Origin: a virus
Taxonomy: Duplodnaviria; Caudoviricetes
DNA: 64,000 bases
Virus record (IMG/VR): IMGVR_UViG_3300031820_000001
Coordinates: 50,931 to 114,930 of that record
Reading direction: 5' to 3' (one strand)
Positions 36,110 to 45,899 of the stretch are shown piece by piece. The stretch's first letter is position 1, and each line of letters starts with the position of its first letter. A model generated the notes under the pieces. It saw only the letters and a program-made list of their open reading frames with translations. It searched no databases and had not been told where the DNA came from. A program made the translations under genes and the position numbers.

Positions 36110-38382
36110 CAGAGCCTCTTGACCAGGATACTCGTCCCAATCAGCTCAAAGTCAACTATGGTAGATCCAACAAACGTACGAGTACCAGTTGGATCCGTAG
36201 AAATGGTCTCGTCGAAAACCGAGATCAGATCACCGTTACCCGCACGCTTGCGCATGCTCGCAGGATAGTACTGGCTCAGATATCCGCCAACGGTGTCATC
36301 GCATGCCGGTATGCAGATCAAGAGGTCTCTCCCGGTCACACCGCCGGTCATTGTCGGGCAGTCGATCGCCTCCGTGTTAGTGGGGATGTCGAGATATTGC
36401 GCAGTCGTTCCGTTTTGATCAATGATCGTTCCAACCGGATTGACATTGTTGTATCCGAGCACGTGTCGCTGACAGAAACCTGCAAAGTCGTTCGTCACCG
36501 AATAGCTGGCTGGCTCATTGTTCGAGAACCGCCACCACACAACGGAGGCGATCTGTCCGTTGTCATCTCGACGAAGGAAGTTCCAGCCTGCTGGCGTCGT
36601 GACCGTGTAGTTCGATGCAAGGTCAGAATTATTCTCTGTGTTGAATCCCAGCACCGCCAACATGAAGAGACCGTTGGTCCGCTGACATTCAACCGGAATT
36701 GGAATGTCCATGCCGGCGGCTACGTCGTAGTTACCATCGACAACTGGGAAGGAAACATTGATCGGCGAGTATCCTCGGTTCAGGGATATCGCCTGAGTAA
36801 TTAGCGGATCGCCGATACTGTTATTGAATTGAATGGTTCGACTTAATGAACCAGTAGCACGAGCTTGCGTGTCCCAAATGGCACCAGGGCCGGTCGAGTT
36901 GTTGCTATCCATCTCCATGTTCGGCCAATTGTCGGTGACACGTCCTGTAACGAGCGTTGCAGACGCAAACAGAACGCGATCATAGACACCACCAACATTG
37001 ACCGAGCAAGACAACGTGTCGCCGTTTACAGTTGCCAACTTCGACGCAAAATTCTCGGCATGAATTGGGCTGAGAGGATCAACGCCAACGTACGCTGAGC
37101 AAGTGCTATCGGAGTATGTGTCCGGCGGCATGTTCGTTAGAACGTAGTAGGACACGCCGTTTCCGCCCGCCGAATCGCCATTAGGCGTAGTAAACGGTGT
37201 CGTGCTCTGCGGCTCATCGTTAGCGAACCGCCATATCACAATCTGACAGGAATCATCTTGGTTCACGCGTCGAATGAGATTCCATCCGGTCGGAATCGTA
37301 ATGCTGAAACCAGACGCAGGGAGCGGATCATAATTGGGAGGACCGCCAGCATCCTGTAGGTCAAAATTGACCTGTGCGATCAAAAAGTACCCGTCCTTGC
37401 CGAATACAGAATTCGGAAGCTCGATATTGCAGAAATCCGAAAATCCGTCAGAAGTATTGCCGTCAAAGTACTGCGTTCCAGCATCCGATGTCGTTGGCAC
37501 CGCGAACTGGGCAGCGACCAGCCCACCTGGCGTTGTTCCAACCGCAACGTTGTAGAACCCGCCAGGATTGAACAGCGTGTTCACGCGTGTGCTGAGCGTA
37601 AAATCAGAAAAGCTGTAGTAAACAACTCGGTTCGTATCTCCACCCTGGATGGTTCCACGAAAAAACGCACCAACGGCCGAGTTCGACCAGTTCGCCTGCT
37701 GCTGCCCGACCCGAATGCCGCCGCTTTCCGTTCCCCATGACACCTTCGTAGCGAAGGTCCCAGATGAATAGATGTACCACTCCATCTGCGATGAAAAGGT
37801 GTCGCCCCACGAAAAGACCGCGTAGTTCGCATCGCCGAATACCTGGTTATTGGCGAACGTCGTCAGATCAAATCCAGGCACCCCAGTATCGGTTGCGAAC
37901 GTGTATTCCGTCGTCGACGGACTACTGCTCAGAATGATGGCCGTACTCGTATTGCAGGCAGAACTTCCGCCGGGCGCGGTGCAAAAGGACCAGGTCTGAC
38001 CGGCAAATTCGTAACGGAAGTTGTTCATGATGCCGCTAGCGCCGTCGCTGCATCCGTTGCCAAAGCCATAGCCCGGAGTTGGCAACGCCGTTCCGGTAAC
38101 AATCGTCTCGTTGGAGAATGTGATCTTGTCTACGTAGTCTGTCGGGTTGCGGCTATTGACGCCGTCAAAGTCCTGACCGCCAGCCCAGATGCCTTCGCTG
38201 AAGTTGCTGAAGCCACCCTGGTCGTCAGGACCGAATCCGACTGTCGCCGAGATGACAGACACCGTCTCGCTTGTGAAGTCCCATTTGTAGATATCCAGCG
38301 TTTGGAAGCCGCCCTCGATATAGGCGAATCCAGGCTCGAACGGAGGCGAGCCGCTGCCGCCCATGATCAAGAACGTGAACAT
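36109..38382 (-). CDS. putative virion structural / tail fibre-like protein
   Basis: 757 aa, G/T/S/N/D-rich and Lys-poor; kelch-like N-half; duplicated TxPxGWxxxRR...WRF...EP domain. Confidence 0.7.
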   Translation of the reverse strand: MFTFLIMGGSGSPPFEPGFAYIEGGFQTLDIYKWDFTSETVSVISATVGFGPDDQGGFSNFSEGIWAGGQDFDGVNSRNPTDYVDKITFSNETIVTGTALPTPGYGFGNGCSDGASGIMNNFRYEFAGQTWSFCTAPGGSSACNTSTAIILSSSPSTTEYTFATDTGVPGFDLTTFANNQVFGDANYAVFSWGDTFSSQMEWYIYSSGTFATKVSWGTESGGIRVGQQQANWSNSAVGAFFRGTIQGGDTNRVVYYSFSDFTLSTRVNTLFNPGGFYNVAVGTTPGGLVAAQFAVPTTSDAGTQYFDGNTSDGFSDFCNIELPNSVFGKDGYFLIAQVNFDLQDAGGPPNYDPLPASGFSITIPTGWNLIRRVNQDDSCQIVIWRFANDEPQSTTPFTTPNGDSAGGNGVSYYVLTNMPPDTYSDSTCSAYVGVDPLSPIHAENFASKLATVNGDTLSCSVNVGGVYDRVLFASATLVTGRVTDNWPNMEMDSNNSTGPGAIWDTQARATGSLSRTIQFNNSIGDPLITQAISLNRGYSPINVSFPVVDGNYDVAAGMDIPIPVECQRTNGLFMLAVLGFNTENNSDLASNYTVTTPAGWNFLRRDDNGQIASVVWWRFSNNEPASYSVTNDFAGFCQRHVLGYNNVNPVGTIIDQNGTTAQYLDIPTNTEAIDCPTMTGGVTGRDLLICIPACDDTVGGYLSQYYPASMRKRAGNGDLISVFDETISTDPTGTRTFVGSTIVDFELIGTSILVKRL

Positions 38383-38575
38383 CGATCTACTTCACGATAC
38401 CTGGGAAGGTGATCTGGGCAGTCATAGCCTCACAAATACCTGTAGAACTTGAAGATCTGTATCATTCTAGCCCCAAAAGGTCAAAGCACAGATCCTCTTC
38501 CAAATCGAACGTAGGCCCGATATCGTCCGCGTGGTCACCCATGGAGGTGACTTCAGAACTTGAAGGGATTGAAAA

Positions 38576-38833
38576 GTGCCGAAGATTTACGTTGCGACGA
38601 TGAATGGAAGCGATGCGCCGCCAGCTGCCTCTGGATCCATGACGACCATCAAGGAAAGACTCCGCAAGTTCCCCGAGACACAGTGGAACATCAAGACGCT
38701 ACAACTCAAGGCAGACGTCGAGACCATCTGCTCGCTCATCGAGGACTGGAAGTCGATCAAACCTGAAGAGGAAGAGGACGTCCGCATCCTTCCGAGCGGC
38801 CAAGTTCGCTCCGTCAAAGAGAAGGACAACTAG
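38576..38833 (+). CDS. hypothetical protein
   Basis: GTG-start ORF. Confidence 0.65.
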   Translation: MPKIYVATMNGSDAPPAASGSMTTIKERLRKFPETQWNIKTLQLKADVETICSLIEDWKSIKPEEEEDVRILPSGQVRSVKEKDN

Positions 38834-38836
38834 GCC

Positions 38837-39091
38837 ATGCCGAAGGTCTCCACCAGCCGGCTGTCGGAACAGCTAACCAAGGACTTCAAGCAGTTGGTGA
38901 AGACCTTTGCGAAAGAGCTTGGCAAGGGCCGACGAGCCAGCCTGGCTTATGTAATCGGGTACCTGGACGCTGCCACGGGGAACACGTCAGCCATCCCAGA
39001 GAGCCACATTCTCGACTATTCGAGGGGTTGGCGTGATGGGTCGGGTGAAAAGGTACCCAGGAAGCGGAATCCAAGGTCCACTCGGCTGTAG
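38837..39091 (+). CDS. hypothetical protein
   Basis: AAGGA RBS; stop is the TAG of the promoter -10 box. Confidence 0.65.
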   Translation: MPKVSTSRLSEQLTKDFKQLVKTFAKELGKGRRASLAYVIGYLDAATGNTSAIPESHILDYSRGWRDGSGEKVPRKRNPRSTRL

Positions 39092-39094
39092 ATA
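39065..39094 (+). promoter_or_regulatory. ECF-like leaderless promoter
   Basis: CGGAA-N17-TGTAGATA-5nt-ATG 39100. Confidence 0.75.
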
Positions 39095-39099
39095 GGCCA

Positions 39100-39600
39100 A
39101 TGGCCCAAATCGACAAGCACACCATCCCAGCCACCGGAGAGTCATTCGAGCTTCGGATTGCAGGGTTTCAGGACATCGTTCACGTCGGGGAGGATGGTCA
39201 GGGCTTTCCCTGTATCTGGGCGCAGGTCAATCCCAACCAGCCCGAGGAATCATGGACGTTCATGCTCGTGGCCACGGGTCAGGAGTTCGATGCGGACAAG
39301 TGGTGTCACGTTCGGTCGTTCGTTCAAGCGAACGCCGTGGTGTGGCATCTGCTAAGGCCGTTCGAGTCCACGATGCCGTCAGAGGCCAGGTCTTCCAGCC
39401 TCGTCTATGTCGTGGCCACGAAGCGCAGCGATGACCGCCTTCCAGGCCTAGAAAAGGCCTGTGAGCATCGCATGTACTTCACCTACGACGAAGCCGAGGC
39501 TGCCCGTCAGCTGCTCCCAGAAACCATCCGTGATTCGTTCGGCGTGTTCTCGGTCTACTGCATCGTTCAGCAAAAAGTAACCTTCGAGGTCCCTTTCTAA
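39100..39600 (+). CDS. hypothetical protein (DUF7352-like N-terminus)
   Basis: CIWAQVNP...VATGQ...VVWHL. Confidence 0.7.
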   Translation: MAQIDKHTIPATGESFELRIAGFQDIVHVGEDGQGFPCIWAQVNPNQPEESWTFMLVATGQEFDADKWCHVRSFVQANAVVWHLLRPFESTMPSEARSSSLVYVVATKRSDDRLPGLEKACEHRMYFTYDEAEAARQLLPETIRDSFGVFSVYCIVQQKVTFEVPF

Positions 39601-40460
39601 TGTTTCGTCTCGTCTGGGCCACTGATGTTCATTTGGAGTTCGCAACCCAGGACGAGCGGCAACGCTTCGGAACTAGGATCTTGCAGACCGGCGCAAACGC
39701 CTGCGTGTTGACGGGCGACATCGCCAATGCCAAACGCATCGAGTTCCATCTCAAGGAACTACAGCAACAGATCGGTATGCCGATCTACTTCAACCTCGGC
39801 AACCACGATTTCTACGGAGGCTCCATCAAGAAGGTCAGAGAGTGGGCTGCCAGCATCACCAAGCAGGAAGGCTCGAAGCTCCTGTGGATCGAAGAGATGG
39901 GATGCGTCCCGCTGGTTGAGAACTACGGACTGATCGGCATCGACGGTTGGGGTGATGGCATCCTCGGCAATCCTGGTCGTAGCAACGTGCTTCTCAATGA
40001 CTGGCAGGCTATCGACGAGTTCGCTGAGAAGAACGCCATGGTGAACTACGGGCATCGCAACCGGCTGCTCAAGAACCTGGGCAAAGAAGCCGCCGAGAAG
40101 CTACGCCCCGTGCTTTCAGACGCCCTCCAGCGCTTCAAGCACGTCATCCTCATGACCCACGTCCCTCCGTGGAAAGAAGCAACCTGGCACGAAGGGAAGC
40201 ATAGCGACGATGACTGGCTGCCGTGGTTCTCTTGCAAAGCCGTCGGGGATGTCATCGTCGACGAGTCCAGCAAGCACACCGACAGACTGATCACTGTCCT
40301 CTGTGGCCACACCCACGGCTTCGGCCACAGCCAAATCAACAACCGCGTGGATGTCTACACCGGAGGGGCGACCTATCGGCACCCCGAGGTTCAGTACACG
40401 TTCGAAATCGAGGATGGCAAGTTCACCAAGCTGCCGGCCAGCTGGTACTCCATTGGATAG
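39600..40460 (+). CDS. calcineurin-like metallophosphoesterase
   Basis: TDVH, LTGDI, LGNHD, THVPP, CGHTH. Confidence 0.93.
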   Translation: MFRLVWATDVHLEFATQDERQRFGTRILQTGANACVLTGDIANAKRIEFHLKELQQQIGMPIYFNLGNHDFYGGSIKKVREWAASITKQEGSKLLWIEEMGCVPLVENYGLIGIDGWGDGILGNPGRSNVLLNDWQAIDEFAEKNAMVNYGHRNRLLKNLGKEAAEKLRPVLSDALQRFKHVILMTHVPPWKEATWHEGKHSDDDWLPWFSCKAVGDVIVDESSKHTDRLITVLCGHTHGFGHSQINNRVDVYTGGATYRHPEVQYTFEIEDGKFTKLPASWYSIG

Positions 40461-40468
40461 GAGAATTT

Positions 40469-40810
40469 ATGGATGTCATTGATGCTGGAACTATCTCGGT
40501 CGGCGGAGTGATCACTTGGAAAGGTCAGGAGCTGAAGACCATCGGCGACACGTGCGAGGCCATGGATAAGCTCCAAAACAAGGAAGAGGCGCAGGCCTTT
40601 CTTGCTCTCGCCCGTACGGCTAACCCCAAGCATGCAGACGAGAATATCGGCTACCTGATGGGCTACCTCTCGCGTCCACGTTGGGCTCAGCTGGCAGAGT
40701 GGTTCGGCATTCAGCACCCCATCTTCGGTAATCGGTTCGACCTCAGCGATGAGGAAATCTTCCAAATGGGTCTGGAACGGGGTAAGGCACTGGCTCGTGG
40801 CGAGAAGTAA
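40469..40810 (+). CDS. hypothetical protein
   Basis: AGGAG RBS; NIGYLMGY...HPIFG. Confidence 0.75.
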   Translation: MDVIDAGTISVGGVITWKGQELKTIGDTCEAMDKLQNKEEAQAFLALARTANPKHADENIGYLMGYLSRPRWAQLAEWFGIQHPIFGNRFDLSDEEIFQMGLERGKALARGEK

Positions 40811-41036
40811 GCGCATCCCTGATGGGCTTCGCAGCGTTGGCAATATGCTCAACGCTGCACTTGAGTCCAAGGGGATGAACCAGCGCGACCTTGCCGCTCA
40901 GCTCAATGTTTCCGAGGCTCGGGTCTCTCAAATACTGAACGGCGAGGCAAACCTCACCGTCAAGACCCTCATCAAGGTCGCAGCCATTCTAAAGATGGAC
41001 CTGCAAATCGGGCTCACAGAATCGAACAAAACATGA
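40797..41036 (+). CDS. XRE-family HTH transcriptional regulator
   Basis: GMNQRDLAAQLNVSEARVSQILNGEANLTVKTL. Confidence 0.88.
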   Translation: MARSKRIPDGLRSVGNMLNAALESKGMNQRDLAAQLNVSEARVSQILNGEANLTVKTLIKVAAILKMDLQIGLTESNKT

Positions 41037-41530
41037 ATTTTTTCTTCGATACCGAATTCGCCGAGACCGGCGGATGGAAGACGCCGACCATCGATCTGAT
41101 CAGCATCGGAATCGTGGCCGAAGACGGACGCGAGTTCTACGCAGAGTCCGAGGAATTCAACATCCACCACTGCGACGAGTGGGTGCGCAAGCACGTGGTC
41201 GCCAAGCTCGGGCCCGAAAAGGACCGCATGTCCCGCGTGGAGCTGCGGAACCGATTGCTATCATTCCTTGGGAATGAGCCGATTATGTGGGGGTATTACT
41301 CGTCGTACGACTGGGTGGTCTTCTGTTGGATCTTCGGCAAGATGATCGACCTGCCGAAGGGCTATCCAATGTTCTGCCGTGACCTACAGCAGTGGTGGGT
41401 CCAGCTCGGAAAGCCAGAGGGCGTGAAACCGCCAGATCCGACAGACGCCCACAACGCTCTGGCGGATGCAAAATGGACGTTTCAGCTCTACAATAACCTC
41501 AATGCCTTCACGAAAAACCAAGGGAAGTAG
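41033..41530 (+). CDS. DEDDh 3'-5' exoribonuclease (Rv2179c-like)
   Basis: FFDTEF, LISIGIVAEDGREFYAE, SYDW, HNALADA. Confidence 0.9.
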   Translation: MNFFFDTEFAETGGWKTPTIDLISIGIVAEDGREFYAESEEFNIHHCDEWVRKHVVAKLGPEKDRMSRVELRNRLLSFLGNEPIMWGYYSSYDWVVFCWIFGKMIDLPKGYPMFCRDLQQWWVQLGKPEGVKPPDPTDAHNALADAKWTFQLYNNLNAFTKNQGK

Positions 41531-41534
41531 CGTG

Positions 41535-41852
41535 ATGGAACCTCGATGGATCAAGCTCGTTCGGACCAACAAGGTTGGAATTCCCACGTTCGCTCATCCA
41601 GAGGGTGGCCAGGTACAGCTGCACGGAAAATACAGCGTGCGGTGGCCTGACGGATCTGTGACCCAGGTCGAGGTCTCCAACAAGAAGGTCTACACGACGC
41701 TGAGAGATGGCTCGATCGAGCACGGCGTGTACACGTATTTCGAGGTGCCGTTCAACGGCATGACGGTCATCTACAACCTGAACGAAATCGATCTGAGCGC
41801 TGATGAAATCGAGCAGAGCCGCCTGGTTAAGCGTTCCGGCAAGGCGGCATAG
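41535..41852 (+). CDS. hypothetical protein
   Basis: ORF in chain. Confidence 0.65.
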   Translation: MEPRWIKLVRTNKVGIPTFAHPEGGQVQLHGKYSVRWPDGSVTQVEVSNKKVYTTLRDGSIEHGVYTYFEVPFNGMTVIYNLNEIDLSADEIEQSRLVKRSGKAA

Positions 41853-42181
41853 TGGCCAGCCATCTCCTCGTTCGCGTCGACTTCGTCCCGACGGCCCCTG
41901 CTGGCTTCCAGAAGTACATCGAGACCTACTTCATCAAGAAGCGGGTCCTCGGACAGGAAGTCTATTCGGCTGTTCGATACGTCAACGGCCCAAATCACAA
42001 CTACGGACGAGGCGCTGCACCTTCACATTCGGTAGATCTTCGAATGTACGAGGAAGGACTTCCAGAAGGTGTTAGTCTATGCTCGTGGATTCATGAAAGA
42101 ACTGCCGAAGGCCAGGTCATGTGGGAGTTCCATGGTGGAGATGATCCACGAGAAGACTGGGAATACTTCGGCGATGATTAG
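41852..42181 (+). CDS. hypothetical protein
   Basis: TAGTG coupling. Confidence 0.6.
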   Translation: MASHLLVRVDFVPTAPAGFQKYIETYFIKKRVLGQEVYSAVRYVNGPNHNYGRGAAPSHSVDLRMYEEGLPEGVSLCSWIHERTAEGQVMWEFHGGDDPREDWEYFGDD

Positions 42182-42190
42182 AGGAAAACG

Positions 42191-42532
42191 ATGAGACACG
42201 ACGTTACGTACAGCGGAATTCGTACCCCCAAGGGCACCCTCGTCACCCGTGATGGCCACGCCTTGGATGACAAGACGAGCTTGCGCAAGCACTCGGCCAC
42301 CGGCTTCGACTGGGGTGTTTCAAGCGGCGGCAGCAACCAGCTCGCGCTGGCGATGCTCTGTGACTTCCTGGGAGATGACCGTCAGGCTCTCCAGTACTAC
42401 CAGGAGTTCACGAGGGATATGCTCGCTCCTATTGGCCGCGACCAGTGGCAGATCAAGTCCCAGGCGATCGTCGACTGGATGCGCCTACGCCTCAGGGAGA
42501 ACCGCGATGCGAGCAAAGGCCCTGTCTTTTGA
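42191..42532 (+). CDS. DUF6166 protein
   Basis: RKHSATGFDWGVSSGGSNQLALAML...YQEF. Confidence 0.8.
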   Translation: MRHDVTYSGIRTPKGTLVTRDGHALDDKTSLRKHSATGFDWGVSSGGSNQLALAMLCDFLGDDRQALQYYQEFTRDMLAPIGRDQWQIKSQAIVDWMRLRLRENRDASKGPVF

Positions 42533-42830
42533 TGCGAGCGTCCCTGACGACCTTGAGCGGCGTCTGAACGCATGGCTTGAGGAAGCCGGGGACATCGTCA
42601 TCGAGGACACTGCGCTAGCACTTGCGCAGGTCGCCCTTCCAGTCAGCACGCTGGTGGTCTTCTACAGGGCACGATCGGCCTCTCTCAAGCAGGCCAAGCC
42701 GGCAGTTCTGTGCCAACAGTGTCGCAAGAATCCGCCCGCCAACGGCCTGAAGACGTGCGAAGAGTGCCAGGACTACCAGAAGAACTACCGGCAGAAGCGC
42801 AAGGCTGAGTCGAAGACCCGCTACCCTTGA
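42507..42830 (+). CDS. hypothetical protein with C-terminal Zn-finger
   Basis: CQQC...CEEC. Confidence 0.65.
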   Translation: MRAKALSFDASVPDDLERRLNAWLEEAGDIVIEDTALALAQVALPVSTLVVFYRARSASLKQAKPAVLCQQCRKNPPANGLKTCEECQDYQKNYRQKRKAESKTRYP

Positions 42831-42857
42831 AAATAGGGCGTTCTTGGGCTGTAGGTA
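42828..42857 (+). promoter_or_regulatory. ECF-like leaderless promoter
   Basis: TGAAA-N17-TGTAGGTA-4nt-ATG 42862. Confidence 0.85.
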
Positions 42858-42861
42858 GGGG

Positions 42862-43416
42862 ATGGGTTTGTACACGGAGCCTCGCAGCGAATACACGCTG
42901 GCCATCGATACCGACAGCTATAGCGGCAACTTCGAGCGAGAGCTGTTCTCGTTCATCTTCGGGATTCCAGACACGCCCGACGGTGGAACCCGGGACCTCT
43001 CCCACTACGCCAACGCCGCCAAGGAAGCCGGCGTGGCAAAGAGGCTGCGCAAGGACTACGAGTACGAGCTGCTCGATGTCCGGCTGAATGACCCCGGCGA
43101 CGACGGCTATCATCGCGCATACGTCACCATCTGCCCAACGCCCGGTTTCTTCAATGATGGGAACGGCACCCACTACGAGGACACCGAGGAGAACCGCAAG
43201 AAGGTGGGTGCGAAGCGTCATCCCGCTTTCCAGAGCGTCGCCATTTTCTTGAACGAGATGCCGAGAAACAAGGAGCTGGACTACATCCGAGAGCGTGCTC
43301 AGGCGTTCCAGTCGTTTCCAAAGAGGCATGACTGGGATGGTCGCCCGAAGATCCTCGGCTACCGAATCCTCGTTGCAAAGACGACGTGGGAGGCTCGGGA
43401 AGTCGAGCTGCTGTAA
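42862..43416 (+). CDS. conserved phage hypothetical protein
   Basis: IDTDSYSGNFERE...PTPGFFNDGNG...SVAIF. Confidence 0.8.
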   Translation: MGLYTEPRSEYTLAIDTDSYSGNFERELFSFIFGIPDTPDGGTRDLSHYANAAKEAGVAKRLRKDYEYELLDVRLNDPGDDGYHRAYVTICPTPGFFNDGNGTHYEDTEENRKKVGAKRHPAFQSVAIFLNEMPRNKELDYIRERAQAFQSFPKRHDWDGRPKILGYRILVAKTTWEAREVELL

Positions 43417-43604
43417 TGCCTGAGAAATGTGAGGCCTGCGCTCGTGTGCTTCATACGGGCGAGGCGCGCATCATGATGTCGTTCACCGTCAAGGAGCTGG
43501 TGAGCCTTGCCGAGGACACACTCAGCCTGGCTCTGCAGGAGCGGTTCTATAAGGCGATCGGCCTACTCGATTCAGAACTGGAAAGGATTCTACGGGAATC
43601 ATGA
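43416..43604 (+). CDS. hypothetical protein
   Basis: Coupled at both ends. Confidence 0.6.
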   Translation: MPEKCEACARVLHTGEARIMMSFTVKELVSLAEDTLSLALQERFYKAIGLLDSELERILRES

Positions 43605-43936
43605 AATACACGCTCGAAGAGTGGCGCAACAAGGGCAAGGAGCTGTTCGGCGAAGATCCCATGAAGTGGAAGTTCGTCTGCCCGGTATGTGAACACGTTG
43701 CCACCGTGCAGGACTGGAAGGACGCCGGGGCTCCTCAGAATTCGGCAGGATTCTCGTGTGTCGGCCGCTGGGCCGGCGTGAATCCAGAGATCGCAAATGG
43801 CGATACCGGACCCAATGGCGTCAAGGGTAAGGGTCCGTGCAACTACGCTGGCGGTGGGCTGTTCAAGCTCAACCCTGTGACCGTGGTCGACCCCGACGGC
43901 CACGAGATGCACTGCTTCGAGTTCGCCGATGGATAG
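43601..43936 (+). CDS. VVA0879-like protein
   Basis: FGEDPMKWKFVCPVC...CVGRW...CNYAGGGLF. Confidence 0.75.
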   Translation: MKYTLEEWRNKGKELFGEDPMKWKFVCPVCEHVATVQDWKDAGAPQNSAGFSCVGRWAGVNPEIANGDTGPNGVKGKGPCNYAGGGLFKLNPVTVVDPDGHEMHCFEFADG

Positions 43937-44078
43937 GCTCACGGACCAAGAGCTTGAAGACATCGCTCACGCGATGGATATCGCCGTACGGCAGATAAAC
44001 ATCATGAGCGAAACTGCGTCTCGTTTCATCGCCTTGGAAAAGCGTGCTCGGGCTGTGCTTCAGAGACGAAAGAAGTAG
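43929..44078 (+). CDS. hypothetical protein (49 aa)
   Basis: Read manually: MDRLTDQELEDIAH...; fills gap. Confidence 0.55.
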   Translation: MDRLTDQELEDIAHAMDIAVRQINIMSETASRFIALEKRARAVLQRRKK

Positions 44079-44096
44079 CTGGCTCGATTGTAGGTA
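44067..44096 (+). promoter_or_regulatory. ECF-like leaderless promoter
   Basis: CGAAA-N17-TGTAGGTA-5nt-ATG 44102. Confidence 0.75.
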
Positions 44097-44101
44097 CGAA
44101 C

Positions 44102-44461
44102 ATGGGCAAGCCAGTCAAGTCGGAGTACCAGGGCCGCAGTCCGCACCGCTACAAGGACAACCCCCTGGAAAAGGTGTTCGCGCTGAAGTGGCAGGATGAA
44201 AATTCCGGCCTTGGAAAGCGCTACACAATTCTCGATGCGCTGTTCGACCCGTCCGGCAGGGGTGGTCCCGCAAATCGCGACGTGACCAAGCAGGACTGGG
44301 AGACCGCCAACACGCTGATCCAGTGGCTCGGAAGCCCGGTCGGCCAGGGATTCCTCGTCAGCGTCCTTTCACAGCCGGAAGCCCAGTACTTCCGTGACCG
44401 GCTCAAGTCCGAGCTGGAGTGCATCGCAAGGGAGCAGACCAATGCCCGCCGCAAAGGATAA
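44102..44461 (+). CDS. conserved phage hypothetical protein
   Basis: NPLEKVFALKW...TLIQWLGSPVGQGFL. Confidence 0.8.
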   Translation: MGKPVKSEYQGRSPHRYKDNPLEKVFALKWQDENSGLGKRYTILDALFDPSGRGGPANRDVTKQDWETANTLIQWLGSPVGQGFLVSVLSQPEAQYFRDRLKSELECIAREQTNARRKG

Positions 44462-44834
44462 GACCTACTACGGCTTCAAGCTGGATTCCAAGGGCCGCTT
44501 CAACGGCAAGCCGCTAGAGCACTGGCGGAAGCAAGCCGACAAGCTGCTCATGCAGTGTCTGATCATGGCTGCAAATGTCGACGTGCGCAGCCTGCCTGGC
44601 CGCATCGTCAGCGACCGGATCATCATGCTGGCCCAAGCCATCGACCCAGACGGCTACAAAGAGGTCTTCGCGGAAATCCGCCAGGCCCAAGAGAATCTAC
44701 CGAAGCTCCTTGCAGCCATGCTGGCAGAGCCTGGGTCGCTGTACTGCAAGAAGCACATGCCGAAGGCTGAGAAGGCCCGGCGCAGGCGCCGCAAGAAGTC
44801 GTCAAAGGAGAACCGTGTCGACCCCCTGGATTGA
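44442..44834 (+). CDS. hypothetical protein
   Basis: GGAG RBS. Confidence 0.65.
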   Translation: MPAAKDKTYYGFKLDSKGRFNGKPLEHWRKQADKLLMQCLIMAANVDVRSLPGRIVSDRIIMLAQAIDPDGYKEVFAEIRQAQENLPKLLAAMLAEPGSLYCKKHMPKAEKARRRRRKKSSKENRVDPLD

Positions 44835-45459
44835 TGTAGATCTGCCGTTCCGGCTTCGGACAACGCCCGAGATGGAGGCCTTGAACAAGAAGTTCATCGT
44901 CTCTGTCGACGCCGCAAAGCGAGCCTGGCGCAACCAAGAGCCGGCAATGGCGAAGATGGAAATGACGGACAACACCGAGAGCATCGAGGCTGTGCTCGCC
45001 GTCCAGGACAAGTACCAGTGGCTGCGAGACCATCTCAAGACTGACGATGTCGAAAAGTGGATGATCCAGTCGCTCTACCGTACAGAGGCTGAAGTACCGG
45101 CTGAGCTGCGGAAGGCGTTCAAGGAGGTCATCCAGCACCGTTTCGCCTACGTCAAGATGAACACGTTCATCAACACGTTCCATGACGTCAAGCAAGCACA
45201 GGACGAGATCGCTGCGCTCAAAGAGCGAGAGCACACGAAGCAGTTCTGCAACCACCCGGCATGTGCTGTCGGCGTCTTGATTGACGTCAGATCTAGCGAG
45301 AACGGCATCACCTCGCGCTCTGTGATGCTCATCGGCGATGTCACCCCGTCCGGGCTCGACGATGGCTGCTGTTCGTCTGGCCTCAAGGACGAGGACGTGA
45401 TCGTTAGCTACTGCGACCTCCGTTCAACCCTAGAAGAGGCCTTCAAATGCCTGACCTGA
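44815..45459 (+). CDS. hypothetical protein
   Basis: GTG after AAGGAG. Confidence 0.7.
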   Translation: MSTPWIDVDLPFRLRTTPEMEALNKKFIVSVDAAKRAWRNQEPAMAKMEMTDNTESIEAVLAVQDKYQWLRDHLKTDDVEKWMIQSLYRTEAEVPAELRKAFKEVIQHRFAYVKMNTFINTFHDVKQAQDEIAALKEREHTKQFCNHPACAVGVLIDVRSSENGITSRSVMLIGDVTPSGLDDGCCSSGLKDEDVIVSYCDLRSTLEEAFKCLT

Positions 45460-45899
45460 TCGTCACCTGCGACCGCTGCAAGAACGAGCTGACCCACATC
45501 TGCGACAAGAATCTCAAGCAGGCGGTACTCGACCTCCTCACATTCACGCCGCACTTCGGCATGCCTGATTTCCTAAAGAAAGAGAGCAAGAAGGCCGGCT
45601 TCTACGACAAGGGAGACGACGAAGTCCCAGTCATCTGCGAAACGTTCCTGTATCCGCTCCTCGGCAAGGACGATGCGCGAACGTTCATGGCGCTGCTCAA
45701 CCACGTCCTTCGCATCGTCGGCATGGACCCGAACGGCGTCGAAATCGATCGTGCTGTCGATGAGATCATCCAGAAGCGTATCGACAAGAAGATCGAAGAC
45801 GCTAAACGCCAAGAGGAGTACCTGGCCCGTCGGGCTGCCCGTGAGGCTGAGGAAAAGAAGGCTGCCAAAGCCGCAAAAAAGGCCAAGAAAGGCAAGTAA
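45447..45899 (+). CDS. hypothetical protein
   Basis: 150 aa ORF; LYPLLGKDDAR. Confidence 0.75.
   Translation: MPDLIVTCDRCKNELTHICDKNLKQAVLDLLTFTPHFGMPDFLKKESKKAGFYDKGDDEVPVICETFLYPLLGKDDARTFMALLNHVLRIVGMDPNGVEIDRAVDEIIQKRIDKKIEDAKRQEEYLARRAAREAEEKKAAKAAKKAKKGK

Noticed and set aside
38286-38448. TGTAGATA (38286) and TGTAGAAC (38441) as further promoter copies; also TGTAG at 919, 8079, 24417, 44835
   Set aside because: No YGAAA-like box 17 nt upstream and no gene start 4-5 nt downstream.
38444-38565. 11-bp direct repeat AGAACTTGAAG and a GTCACC/GGTGAC hairpin in the divergent intergenic region
   Set aside because: Only two copies and a short stem; could be an operator but support is insufficient.
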